From Phaeosaccion multiseriatum (lineage: Eukaryota > Protista > Ochrophyta, other classes): a stretch of 64,000 nucleotides of DNA. The DNA lies in assembly GCA_965112735.1 (NCBI GenBank), contig OZ218950.1, forward strand, positions 5,518,001-5,582,000, given 5' to 3'. The notes under the pieces are model-generated. The model saw only the letters and a program-made list of their open reading frames with translations, was not told where the DNA came from and did not search any database. Below, one piece after another: positions 1 through 12,230 of this stretch. Numbering within the stretch: position 1 is the stretch's first letter; each line of letters begins with the position of its first letter. The position numbers and the translations under genes were made by a program.

Positions 1-928
1 GCAGGAGTTTGGGTGGGGAATGTGTATCTAACGCACCCGGCGCAAAATTGGACTCTCGTCACCGCCCCCCCGGCAGGCACGCTCAATTGGAGCAATGGGT
101 GGTGGGGGGTGACTGAAACGCAGTTATTTGACGTTGTGCTCTTCTTCGTCACGGCATGGGGCGGGGTGGGTATGTGGCGTGTCCCCTTCAGGGAAGTGGT
201 GGGGCAGCAGCCGCTGGGTATAGAGCTCCCCGTGTGGCTGGATGAGGCAGCTGGCCATGTCGTGGCTGGAGATGTGGCCCTTATGGCCACGGTCTTCGTG
301 ACAGTGATGATGTCTGGCGGCTCTCTCAAGAGGGTTTGGGATGCTACGCCGGACCAACTAAGTCCGGAGGACCGAGGGGATAAACTGGTGAGTGGCAGGA
401 AGAGTCAAGTGCCGCAGTCAGTCCATCCCCGGTTTCGTGCCGACGCTCTCGCTTGCTCCCCAACTCCGTCCCCAGGTGGGAATACGCCACGGGATGGTTC
501 AACTGCTGCCCATGCTAGCAGTGTGCGTGTGCACCTTGGCTCTTTCCGTCGGGGACGGCAAGGCTGTGTTTGCCAGCCACACTGCGCTGTTAGTGCTGGG
601 CATTGGCATGATTTGCGCGCACATCAACTCGCGAATGATTATGCACCATATGGCCAAGAAGCGGCTTTTGCTGCACGACTTTCTGCCGTCGGTGATTCTT
701 CTCATCGCCGCCATGGTCAACGTGCACTGGACAAGCCTGGGTCTGGGGGCCGACAGTCCACTGGACAAGGTGTGGTTCATAGACGCTGTGCTGATGTACG
801 GTACTGCGTCCTACCTCTACTACGTGCACGGCGTGGTGCAGGACATCTGCAGGTACCTGGGTATTGAGTGCTTTCGCATCTCTGCCCAAGGGTCCAGCAG
901 CAGCGAGTCCAGCGCAAAGAAGGCGTAA
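1..928 (+). CDS. 3' part of a CDP-alcohol phosphatidyltransferase (choline/ethanolamine phosphotransferase, CEPT/EPT-like); 5' end lies outside the window
   Basis: Exon ~78-387 (GTLNWSNGWWGVTETQ...) is followed by a GT-AG intron ~388-476. The last exon is multi-TM and contains 'INSRMIMHHMAK' and 'VVQDICRYLGIECFRI', the typical CEPT C-terminus. Stop at 926-928. Confidence 0.8.
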
Positions 929-968
929 GAAGGAAGTGCAACTCTCTCTTCTTTCTGTTTCTCTCATT

Positions 969-3900
969 TTAGTACTGTGGGCTCTGCGCCTCTCCCGTCC
1001 AAGGACACTTTCGGAGATTGCGCACGTAGGCGTTCCAGTCCCTGCACATCGGCGGCCGAGCAACGCGGGTGAGGGGGCAGGAGGAAGGGGGGGCGAGGGG
1101 TGCATGAGAGAGAGCATCCAAAGAAGCAAGAAGCAAGCCGGTGACGTCGCGCACCCCCCCACCCACCTCTTGTTGGCTTTGCTATTATTGATCTCCAGCA
1201 AGTCCCTCTTGTGGATGGGATATCCCGTGACGATGCACGAGGGTGCGTCTGAGGCGTACAGACCGGCGTACGGGGTGCCCTTGGCTTGGTCTGCGGGCGG
1301 GAGGGCCTGCTCCATCTGCGCGTCCATACACACACTCAACACCCAATCGCGTACCTCCTCTCGGGCCTGAGAGAAAGAGGGAGCAATTGCAGAGAGTGCG
1401 CACAAGGTGGACGAGGTAAGCAACAAACAAAGCGCGAGACAGTGCACAGCTCTTGGGACGAGCGCAGAGGGGCGAGGGAGCGCTTCTCGGCCGCAGCTTT
1501 GACTGTGACTGTCCTCCGCACCTTCTCGTCTGGCAAGTAGTGGTGGGGCGGCAAGACAGTCACCACGGGGACGTTGGAAGCTGAAGCGAAGTCCGAGTTG
1601 TCGATGAGCGTCACGTCGCCCTCGTCGATCACCTTTTTATGTACGTCGGTGGGGGTGGGGGCCATCGCACAAAGCGGGTCAGCGATCAATGAGTAGTTTT
1701 TAAAAATCAAATGCAAAAGTGCAACCAACTTGCGTCGCACAACAAGCGGAGTCGGCGACTCACCTCGGTGAGGTCCACGTATCGGTTGAGGAGCACAAAG
1801 GCGAGGTTGTCGTTGCCTTGCTTCTTGTGGATCTGCCCCCCCACATAGAAGGCCTTGTCTGCGGGGATGATGTCGATGTAGCGCAGAAGGCTGATGGCGA
1901 TTTTGCCCGACAGTTCCTGACAAGACGCGCGGGGACATGTGCGTGGTAGTACGCGTTAAAGATAGTGAGCGAGTGGGTGGGTGAGTGAGTGAGTGAGTGA
2001 GTGAGTGAGTGAGTGAGTTAGGGAGTGAGTGAGTGAGGGAGTTGAGTGAGTCGAGTGGGTGGGTGGTGGGAATCTGCTCCTCTCCCCATATCCATCTCTC
2101 CCCTGCACGCACCAGGAAGTCTTTACTCTGCTGGCTGAGGCACTCCTGCAGCAAGGCGCTGTAGTGCGTGGCCATGAGCAAGTGCTCGAGCTCGTCGGGC
2201 ATGCGCGTGCTGCTGCTGCTGCTTGCCCGGGACCCCTTTGCGCTCTTGGCCACATTGTAGAGCACCGTCCTTAGCCTCTGCAGGGTCTGCTTGTGGTCCT
2301 TGAGCGTCTCGTCGTCCTCGTTTCTCCCCAACACCGCCTTCGTCAACTCCTCGTACATCTCGTACGAAGAAGCCGTGGTCGGGGTACCGTGCTTCAAGTA
2401 GGAAGAAGCAGGAGGGCAGAGAGGCGTAGTAATGAACGTAAGCGAGCCTGATCCGGTCTTCGCCTGCTTGTCTCTTTGACTCACCTCGATGAGCGTGGTC
2501 ACCGCCAAGTCCAAGTTGTTGGGCGGCCCTCCCTCCTCCCTTAGCAGGCCCTTCACCCGAAGGGACACATACTTGTGCAGGATGGCAGCCGACACGCGCT
2601 CCTTGGCCGCCACTTCCCACAGCCGTTCCCAATTCCCTCGCTGGGCCAATATATCCAACGCGGCGTCTAACGGGGCCAAAAGGAAGAGAGAGAGAGACAG
2701 ACACACAGAGAGAGAGAGAGATGATAAGACACGGAGGAGCCTTGAGGACATGAGCCAGCGCAGAGGCGTTGGCTTTGACCTGTCTGTCCTACCTGTCTGG
2801 CCGATCTCCATGAGTTCGTCTGAGGCTCCCCCCTGCACGAGGAGCTTCTGATGCTTGGCCTCCACTTGCTCCTCGAGCCGGGCATCGCCGTGGGCAACGT
2901 CCTTAGCCTTCTCCCACGCCCCTCCCGATATCGCCACCTGTGTGTGTGTGCGTGTGTGTGTGTGCGTTTGTGTGTGTATGTATCGTTGAGCATAGAGAAG
3001 ACAAAAGAAGGAAGGAGTGCAGCGTCAAAGGAGAAAGCCCGAGGCCGCCGACCCCCCCCCCCCCCTCGGCCCCACACCCTCGGCCTCCAACACCCCTCGC
3101 ACCTCTACAGCCTCCTCGGGCTGCCCTGCCTCTCTGAGCATGTCCGCCGCGGCCTCATGCCTCTGGATGCTGCACAGCCGCTTCGCCACCTCTCGTACCA
3201 CTTGCACATATCTGTGGAGGCACAAGAGCGACAGTGGGAGGGAGAGGAATCAATCGGGGGTGGGGAGGTTTTGAGTATCGACCAGAGAGAAGACATGCAG
3301 CGCCTTGGTCCCCACCCACCTATTGGGCTGGTGGTTGCGCGCCACAGCCACGGCACTGTCCCAAATCTCCTCGAGGTCTCTGTGGTTGGCGAGGACGCCT
3401 TGCTTGGCCTGACAGAGATGGAGAGAGAGAGGATAGAGCCGAGCGAGCACCATTCACTGTGAGTACGCGTCGGCCAGAAGTTGACAGAGACGGCAGCAAG
3501 TGCTTTACCTGGAGGTACGCGTCTATAGCCCGGTCCCAGTCTTTGCTTTGCTCCCACATACGGCCGCTGCTGAGGTAATCCGCCTTGGATAAGGAGGGAC
3601 ACATACCAGAGGAGGAAGAGCGAGGAAGACTTGCAGGAGTCAGAGGTGTGAGTGACTGACTACGACAAGGGCCAAGTCAGCTACATCTCCTTCACTGCCA
3701 CGTCGCACGCACCTTGGTCCCCCCCTTGCCCTGCGCGGCCTGATTGCTCTGGTACTTGAGCTGAACCTCCGTCAGCTTGTGCGGCAAGTGCCTCTGGCAG
3801 ACCTTCAGCGCCAGCTCCCACTGACCGGTCTCCTCGTACATGGTCAGGGCCTTGTCCGGTTTGGAGCCAAGGAGGTAAAGCTCCTCTGCCTTGCCGCAGT

Positions 3901-5521
3901 CCCCCGCCGCTCTGAAGTCGTCTCCCTGTCCGCAGTACACGTCCGCCACTGCAGCAGGGTCATGCTCTGTGGACACGCGCATGGCCGCCGCCCAGTCCTT
4001 CTGATGCACATACATGTCCACAGCCTCTCTGCCGAGTCCCACAGGTTTGGGCACGCGCGCGCACACACACACACACACGCACACACCATCCACGAGCAGG
4101 AGTTTGCATGAGCTTGTTATGTATGTACTTCAGCGCGGTTTGAAGCACCGTGGAACAGCAGCAGCAGGGTCTCCGTCTCCATGGCTGGTGAAGCTCTCTC
4201 CCTGACTCACTGACTTACCTCGGCTTGGCGGCCTTAATGAACTCGTCCTCGGCCTCCTTGAAGCGTTCCTCGTCCTCTAGGTAGATGGCGTACTGAGAAG
4301 ATAACAGAGTAAGAGGGTGTGAGGGTGAGAGGGCGTGGATAAGAGGGTACGAGGGAGGGGAGGTCGGGAGACGCGCGAGAGGGGCAGTGAGGGGCAGTGA
4401 GGGCCACGGCAGCTCACTTGGGGGGGTGAGCGTTGGGTTTTCTGTGCTGTTTGCTCTCTTCCCCCTCCTCCTCCTCCTCCTCCTCCTCCGCCGCCGCCGC
4501 CGCCGCCGCTCCCCTCGCCCCTTTCGACTCCTATAACGTACGTGCCCGTGCCGCAACGTACATACCTTGAGGTGAATGTCCGGCAGCTTGCTCGGGCATG
4601 CCGACTTGGCAAGCTCGAAGGCGTGTTCGAAAGAGGAGCCGCTCTCCGTGGCGTAGTCGATGGCAGCCTCGATGAGGCCCTGCTTCAGAAGCATCTTGGC
4701 GCCTGGATATGGGCAGCGATTGATTGGAGGATAGGTAGATAGATAGTGAACGTCAGCAGACCATTCGATATTGGGACTCACTACTACTACTCAATGTTGT
4801 GTAACGTCCTGCTCGCTACACTCACTGCACTCATACCACTCATACCACTCATACCACTCATACCACTCGTGTACCACTCATACCACTCGTACCACTCATA
4901 CCACTCGTACCTGCGTCGCCTCCCAGCGCGAGGGCCCAGGCGTAGGCTACCCTCCTCTGCGCTTGCGGCCCCCCGTGGAAGTTGGCGACTCGGAGTGCGT
5001 CCTCCCACATGTCGTTTGAGCGGTACATGTTGACTGCAGAGAGCCACTCCCCTGCCTCCGTGTAATGGTGCTCGGCCTGTACGCGCAAAGAAGCACACAC
5101 ACACACACACGATTGAGTGTTGCACCATTGACCCACAGTGAAAGCACCGCCAAGAAGCTTAGGATACACAGGCTGTGAATACACGCATGTGTGGGTGTAT
5201 AATGTTTATATACGCATCGAGCTAACATAACAGCACCGCGCCCATGCCGTACGTACCTGCTTGAGGTCCCCCTCCATCTCGAGCTGTTGCGCCAGGTACT
5301 GATGCGTCTCCTTGACGTGCTCGGGGCGGTGCGTGGACACGAGGCGCACCATGGCGTCGTACTTGCGCCCCTTCTTGTACATGTTGATGGCCAGGTCCAC
5401 CTCGTTCACCTTCGCACGGCCACAGGAGAGGAGAGGAGGGGAGGGGAGCACACACACCAGGTGAGCAAACGTCCGATCTCAACTATCTCAGCGGTCCGAA
5501 AGACGTCTCTTTTCCGTGTGT

Positions 5522-5559
<38 letters not shown>

Positions 5560-8500
5560 CGCACTATCCACCCACCTGCAAGTAGAGCTTCTCCGCCTCT
5601 CGAAGCTTGTTCTGCGCCTCGAACTTCTGCGCTTGATCGATGTGCAACATGCGCACCTCCCCCTCGCTCATGTATGTCGAGGCAAGCTTGTGCGCTGCCT
5701 CCCACATGTTGGCCTCTGTGTACATGTCCACGGCTTGTTGGGGGAGTTCGGCATCCACAAAGAAGCGCTCTGCCTGAGCGTATTGCTTGGCCTGCTCGTA
5801 GTGCCTGGCCAGCCTCTTGTAGTACGGCTTGGCGGCCGAGCCCCCCGCGGCGTCGAGGTTCTCGACAAGCTGCGTGGCCTTGGTCCACTGACGGGCGTTG
5901 AGCGCCGCTTCGATGGCCTTGACGTTGACACGGGCCTCGATGTAGTGGTTGATGGCCATATCCACCTGATGGAGGATTGAAGTCAACAAGCAAGAAAAAA
6001 TCAGCAAGCACGTGTGTGTGTGTGCTTAGCAATCTTGCCTCCCTCCTGGACCATGTGTCTCCCCTCCTGGTCCTCCTGTTCCAAGGTCCCAGCCACACCC
6101 TGCCGTCCGCCCCCTCCCTACCTGCTTCTGTGAGACGAGCCAGTCCCCCCACATCTCCTGCAGCCCGACCACGTCTTGCGGGAAGGAGCGCCTGGCCAGA
6201 TCCACGGCCTTTCTGAAGGCGTTACCCTTGACGAAGCTGTCCATGGCCCTCTGCAATTGGTCCATCTCCTCGTAGAACTCCCCTGTGTGTGTGTGCGTGT
6301 GGGCGCGTTATGCATAGTTCGGCACAGACATGTGAGTAGGAGGAAGTACACATGTTTGACACACGTTGTTTGCTCGGTCCGTGCATGTACCAACAGCATG
6401 ACTCGGGAGAGAGAGTACAGCCCGCCTTCCAGTACAGTACAGTACCTGCTCTGTCGTGCATGCCGGCCGCTGACAAGGCAGACGCCACTGTGTCAAACCA
6501 TTGTGAGCGGTTCGGGACGTTGTGGTCTCCGAGCACTCGAGCGGCCTGTTCGTTGGGGGTTGGGGTGGGGTGGGTCGGGTTGGGTTGGGTTGGGTTAGGA
6601 TGGGTTGGGATGGGTTGGGTTGGGTTGGGTTAGGATGGGGTAAGTTGGGTTAGGATGGGTTAGGATGGGTTAGGATGGGTTAGGATGGGTTAGGATGGGT
6701 TAGGATGGGTTAGGATGGGTTGGGCCTGGCAGCAGGGACACGGCATGCGGCATCAGCAGTGTTGTACCGACGGACGCGCTGGGGCGACACACAAAGAGCC
6801 TTAGCTAAGCCTACCTGCGCGGGCAGCCCCCCCTTGAGATAGAGCTTCATGGCCTGCTCCAGGTCTCCCTCCTTCTCCTTCAGCGCTGCCGCTCGCTCCT
6901 CCTGTCGTGCGGGACAGAGAGAAGGGGTGTATACGATTGGCACGAAGCGAACAGATGCACATAGCTGTGGAGTACCATACGCACCAACCCCCTTGCAGCC
7001 AAGCCCCTTCGAAGGCTTATCTATCTGCCGGCCACGCCCTGACTGACTGTCTGACTGGCTGACTGACTGACCTGATTTGTGTCGAGGAGGAGCTGGAAGT
7101 ATCTTTGCGACATTTCAGACACAACGTCGTCGGACAGCCTGCGGTTCTTGGCCAGGACGAGGGCCTCTTCGTACTGCTGCAGCTTGTCGTACATCGAGAT
7201 GGCCTCGTCCACACGGCCCTTGATAGAGAGAGACAGACACGGCATAGAGAGGGGGTTAGAGGCATCCATCCATCCAGACCAGCACACGCACACACGCACA
7301 CACTCACACACTCACACACTCACACACTCACACACTCACACACTCACACACTCACACACTCACACACGCACACACGCACACACTCACAGACACCACCACC
7401 ATACCACCATCGGTCCCTCACCTGCGCCACCAACACGTCCTCCGCAGCCCGAATGTCCTTGTTGAGCAGCGCCATGCGATACTTGACGTTCCAGTGCTCT
7501 CTCGGAGGCACGCCCATCTCCTTGGCCTGCCTGGCGGTCACGTTGATGGCGGCCAGATACGAGGCCCTGCTGACGTCGCACAAGGCGGCGGCGCACCTCT
7601 GCGCGATGTTCATGTCCCCGTGCTCGAGCGCCATCCCCTCGAGTTGCTTCCACATGGCCTCGGCCTCGGGAGTTACCTAAGGATGGGGGTCAGGGGGCGG
7701 CGGCAGAGGCAAGTTTGCAGAGGTGCAAGGCAGTCAGATACCCAATTCCGCCCCGCCCCAGCGTGACACAGGGTGATGAGCAGTGCAGTGCGTACCCAGT
7801 GCAGGACTCATTGCGAACCCCCACTACCTTACTGCGGCTCATGGCAGCCCTCATATCTGCCTTGCTGCAACTCGTGCCGGGCCTCCACTGCCTTACTGCA
7901 AGTCCCCAAGCATCCACTACTCCACTGCCTTGCTGTGACTCACTGCGCACCTCGAGTGGCTGCAAGATGTCCATGGCCCTGTCGTAGTCTCTGTCGTCGA
8001 TGGCCGTGCCGAATTCAATGAGCGCCTCGTCGAGGAGGTAGCTTGCCTCCCGATACCCCTCATTCACCACCACTTCGGTGCGACCCTTGGCGCGCTCGAT
8101 CTCATACACGTCTCCGCGGATGGTGTGGTTCGTCACCTGGGGAGAGATGATAACAGATGTGTTCTAAGCCTCCTTCGCTCTATGTGTGCACGTAGTCGAG
8201 GACGAGGAAAGGCACCAACATCCTACCTGGTCAGGCGCATGGATGTTGTACCACACACACAGCGTGTTCCTGCTCTGTGCCACCACCACATCGCTGTCCG
8301 GCACCCATTGCACGTATGTGCAGAAGTTGAGCAGAGTCGAGCGGGTCTGCGTGTCCACACTATGGAGGGAGGGAGACAGAGCAAGACGAAGGGGAGGAGA
8401 ACGCGCAAACGTTAGGGATCGTTAAGGATCAACACAGCAAGACAATAACCAGGCATTGGCGCACTCACTTGTAGAGGTGAAGCTGCCTGAGCCTGTCTCT

Positions 8501-11500
8501 GAAGATCAAGAGGTTTCCCCTCTCATTCAGCTCCAGCCAATCGATCTTGCTGTCGTGATTGATGCTGGTGCGAGCCCCTGTGATGAGGTGCTTGATATTG
8601 ATGCTCTGTTGGTCGAGCAGGTACGCCACTTTCTTATTCTGCCCCCCAGACTCCTTGGGGAGCTCCTCGCCGTCATCAGAGATATTCCTGACAAGAGCCG
8701 CGAGTAGACAGCAGGAAGGAGCACGTCAGGCCAGAGGTTTGGCCCCCACGCAGTCAATGGCATCAACGACCCAGCCATGCTGGTAGTGCATGCAAGAGCG
8801 GAGCCACACACCTTGGAGGTCTCTCATTGAGCCTGACACTAAGCAGGTGCGCCGAAGTGTGGTCGGTGCGGATGCTGCCGAGGATTTCGTTCCTACCGTA
8901 CTCCACGATGCTGAGCTCTCCCGCCAGATACACCATGGCCGCGCTGCTGTTCTCAAACATGTACTTCTCCTGTCGAAAGAAAGAAAGAAAGCAGAGCAAG
9001 CAAAAATACGAGGGCAGAGAAGACAGTCACACAGTGAGGCCAAACCAAGCTCTCTGGGCCTGCCTGCTTGGAAGGGAGAGAGGGAGGGAGGGCGCCACAT
9101 ACCATAACATACATACCTGTCCGGAGCTGCCTTGCCAAGGGATCTCCGACAGCTTGAAGGTGTCGAGATCGCCCAGGAGGAGCGTTTCGGAAGTGTTGGC
9201 CACCACAAAGCGATCCTGGAAGATGTTGATTTTGGTAATCTCGCAGCCGAAGCTCGACTTGAGCACAATCCTCGTGCCGGAGGAGAGCCTCTTAACGATG
9301 ACCTGGCTGAGGCTGACGTACGTGAACTCGAACTTGCCCTTGTACCGGGTGCGCTTGACACAGGCGTCGTACATGTCCACCACCCCGCACAGGGCGCCGA
9401 CAGCGAGACGGCTGCCATCCGCCTTCCAGCCCTGTACGACGGAGGAAGAGAAGACCGTATGCACATACATGCAGGTCAATGGAGGGTGCTACTGGCCACT
9501 GCTCCCCTCTCGTACAACCAACCACCCCCCCACCCCCCCGCATGCCATCCTCTCTCCTCACCAGAGCCGTGACGGTGTACATATTCTCCACGATCTTGGC
9601 CCCCACCTCCTCCCACGTGTCTGCCCGGGCGTCGAAATAGAAGGTGTAGAAGGAGTTGTAATTGCCCAGCACGATGGCATCCCCGGTGGGGTTGGCCGCG
9701 GCCAATGTGAATTCTCTGCAGTTCGGATCATTGCCATAGTCGAATGTTCGGATCAGACCTCCGTCCGAGTCGTAGAAAACAACCTGCCACATGCCACACG
9801 CGGGGACAGGGGGGGGGGGGAGGAAGGAATTTGACTTTGCTTAGAGCCTTGTGCCTTATCAGCATGGGCATCCACAGCCGCGGCCCTCCTTCGGATGCTT
9901 TGGGGATTCCTTCCCAGCCGCGTCTTCTCTCTCTTCTCTCTCTTCTCTCTCTTCTCTTGCACTTCTCGCCCACGTCTGTGGCCTGCAAGACCGCCGCACC
10001 CCTCCGGCCTCTCTCTCTGACTCTCCCTGTCCCTCTCTCTCTGACTCTCCCCCTCCCTTTCTCTCTGACTCCCCCCCTCCCTCTCTCTCTGACTCTCCCC
10101 CTCCCTCTCTCTCTGACTCTCCCCCTCCCTTTCTCTCTGACTCTCCCCCTCCCTCTCTCTCTGACTCTTCCTCTCCCTCTCTCTCTGACTCTCCCACTCC
10201 CTTTCTCTCTGACTCCCCCCCTCCCTCTCTCTGACTCTCCCCCTCCCTTTCTCTCTGACTCCCCCCCTCCCTCTCTCTCTGACTCTCCCTTTCCCTTTCT
10301 CTCTGACTCCCCCCCTCCCTCTCTCTCTGACTCTCCTTTTCCCTCTCTCTCTGATTCTCCCCCTCCCTCTCTCTCTGACTCTCCCCCTCCCTCTCTCTCT
10401 GACTCTCCCCCTCCCTCTCTCTCTGACTCTCCCCCACCCTCTCTCTCTGACTCTCCCCCTCCCTTTCTCTCTGACTCTCCCCCTCCCTCTCTCTGACTCT
10501 CACTTTCCCTCTCTCTCTGACTCTCCCCCCCTCCCTTTCTCTCTGACTCTCCCCCTCTGGCCTCTCTCTCTGACTCTCCCTCTCCCTTTCTCTCTGACTC
10601 TCTCCCTCCCTCTCTCTCTGGCCTCTCTCTCCCCCTCTCTCTCCGCCCCCCCTCCCCCCCTTCTCTCTCTGTGTGTGTGTCTGTCTGTCTCTCCCTCTCT
10701 CTCTCTCTCCCACCTTTCCGTCGTTTCCAGCGACGCACACGGCGTGGCCCCAACTGAGAGCAAAAGGCACACATGTGTGCATCCCGAGCTTGGTGTGACT
10801 CGGGCCTAGAGAGGACAAGGAAAGCATGGCGGAGGTGTGGTGCAAGGGGGGGTGTGGAGGAGGGAGGATGCAGCGCGCTCTTGAATACGCCACAGCTCTC
10901 CAACAAAGCAAACAAACTCTTCACTCCCTCTTCCTCGTCACCTGCTCCGTTGTCGTCGAAGAAGAAGCGGTAGAGCGTGCAGTCCGCGTGAGCACTGACA
11001 ATTCCGTTCCCATCGGGCGACGCTGCGAGGGCCGTGACGTAGGAGCTAGTGGCGTACAGCGTGGCGGGGCGGTTCGTCTTGAGCTGCCCGATCTTCACCT
11101 TGCCCTCCGCCAGGGAAAATACTATGTCGTTGGGGTGGTCGGTGGGCCACACCAGAGCAGTGATCGGGCTGGACACGAGAGCAAGACAAGGAGGAGAAGA
11201 GTTTGTTTTGTGAGTGGTACCCTGTGTTTGAAATGACCACCTTGCCTTCACTCACCTAGTCTGTGGAAATTTGTTGCAGATGCTCTTCTTCTCTCCCCAG
11301 TCTATGCCCAGCTTGTAAACGAAGACAATATTGTCGCTCTGTAGAAAAAGTACGTATTGTAAGAGAAGCACAAGTTAGACCTCTGTTTCCGTAGTCTGGG
11401 GGCGCCAAACTCCTATACCCTCTCTCTCTCTCTCTTGCCTGTGCAATGGCCAGCTTGGTGGAGTCCTCAGAGAAGGCCATGGAGCGCACCGTGTACTCCT

Positions 11501-12046
11501 GGTAGAAGGACGAGAGAGACGACACGAGGGACGAAACATGCGGGCAAGGAGCGAGTGACGCTCAATCGTCAAGTTCTGATACCGCAGTCGTCAAGCAAGG
11601 CAGGCAGGCCCCCCCTTGCGTTCATAACCGTACCTTCATGCCCTTCTCGGCAGGCTTGGTGCTGAACTTATCCCCCTTCTCGCCATTCTCGTCGTATAAG
11701 ACCACCTGAACACAGACGCGCAGGAAGACAACGGCCACCAGCAGCAGCAGCAGCGGCAGAAGGGGAAGTCAGACAGGCAGCGAGTTTGGAGGCACCTCTC
11801 TGCCACCGAAGTGCCTGAGCTGCGTCGCAGATGCGCCCTGTTGAGAGGGTCTATCCTCTCCATTTTCTGCGCCTATACACTGCACCCTCCCCGGCCAGCT
11901 TCCCTCCTGGCACGTACCACTCGGTCTGTCGTGCAGACTGCGAATTTGCGATTGTTTGGAGCCCAGGCAACCGCAGTGACCTTCTGCAGAGAGAGGTTCT
12001 CCCTCTCCGTCGGCTGGAGCACCGTCTTGAGATGCCGAAGCTGCAT
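969..12046 (-). CDS. IFT172: Intraflagellar transport protein 172 (WD40 + TPR-like repeats), many exons
   Basis: ATG at 12046 gives [12 protein letters not shown]...[22 protein letters not shown]. Internal exons include '[17 protein letters not shown]', '[25 protein letters not shown]', '[18 protein letters not shown]' and '[14 protein letters not shown]'. The last exon '[14 protein letters not shown]...QY*' ends at 969. Confidence 0.96.
1963..2062. repeat. (GAGT/CACT)n tetranucleotide microsatellite in IFT172 intron
   Basis: gtgagtgagtgagt... directly visible. Confidence 0.9.
4822..4910 (-). repeat. 9-bp tandem repeat GTAYGAGTG (~9 copies) starting at an IFT172 5' splice site
   Basis: Plus strand (cactcatac/cactcgtac)n abuts the exon end at 4911. 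Confidence 0.9.
6553..6724 (+). repeat. G-rich (GGGTT)n grading into (TTAGGATGGG)n, telomere-like, in IFT172 intron
   Basis: About 7 perfect TAGGATGGGT units at 6651-6720, preceded by GGGTT/GGGAT pentamers. Confidence 0.9.
7282..7390. repeat. (CACACACT)n microsatellite in IFT172 intron
   Basis: Directly visible. Confidence 0.85.
10010..10620. repeat. Polypyrimidine/polypurine minisatellite, ~24-bp unit CTCTCTCTCTGACTCTCCCCCTCC, ~25 copies, in IFT172 intron
   Basis: Directly visible. It produces the spurious ORFs 9728-11251, 9744-10496 and 9859-10911. Confidence 0.95.
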
Positions 12047-12230
12047 GATTGCCCCGGGCACTGCTGCTCCTGCTGCCCTTTCGCTCCCTCTACACCAGAT
12101 CCCGCAACGGACAGAGGTGACAGGGTTTGGGGGGGGGGGTGCCCAAGTAAGGAGAGCAGTTTCAGCACGAATTTTGGAGAACTTTCCCCCTCTACAAAAG
12201 AGGACAAAGAGAAAGAGAAAGAACGAAGAC
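12047..12230. promoter_or_regulatory. Putative bidirectional promoter IFT172 / CTL (184 bp between start codons)
   Basis: Divergent ATGs at 12046 (-) and 12231 (+). Confidence 0.6.

Noticed and set aside
9728-11251. 507-aa ORF (and overlapping 250/350-aa ORFs) with GGESERE repeats
   Set aside because: This is read-through of two IFT172 exons into an intronic minisatellite whose unit is a multiple of 3. It is not a separate protein.
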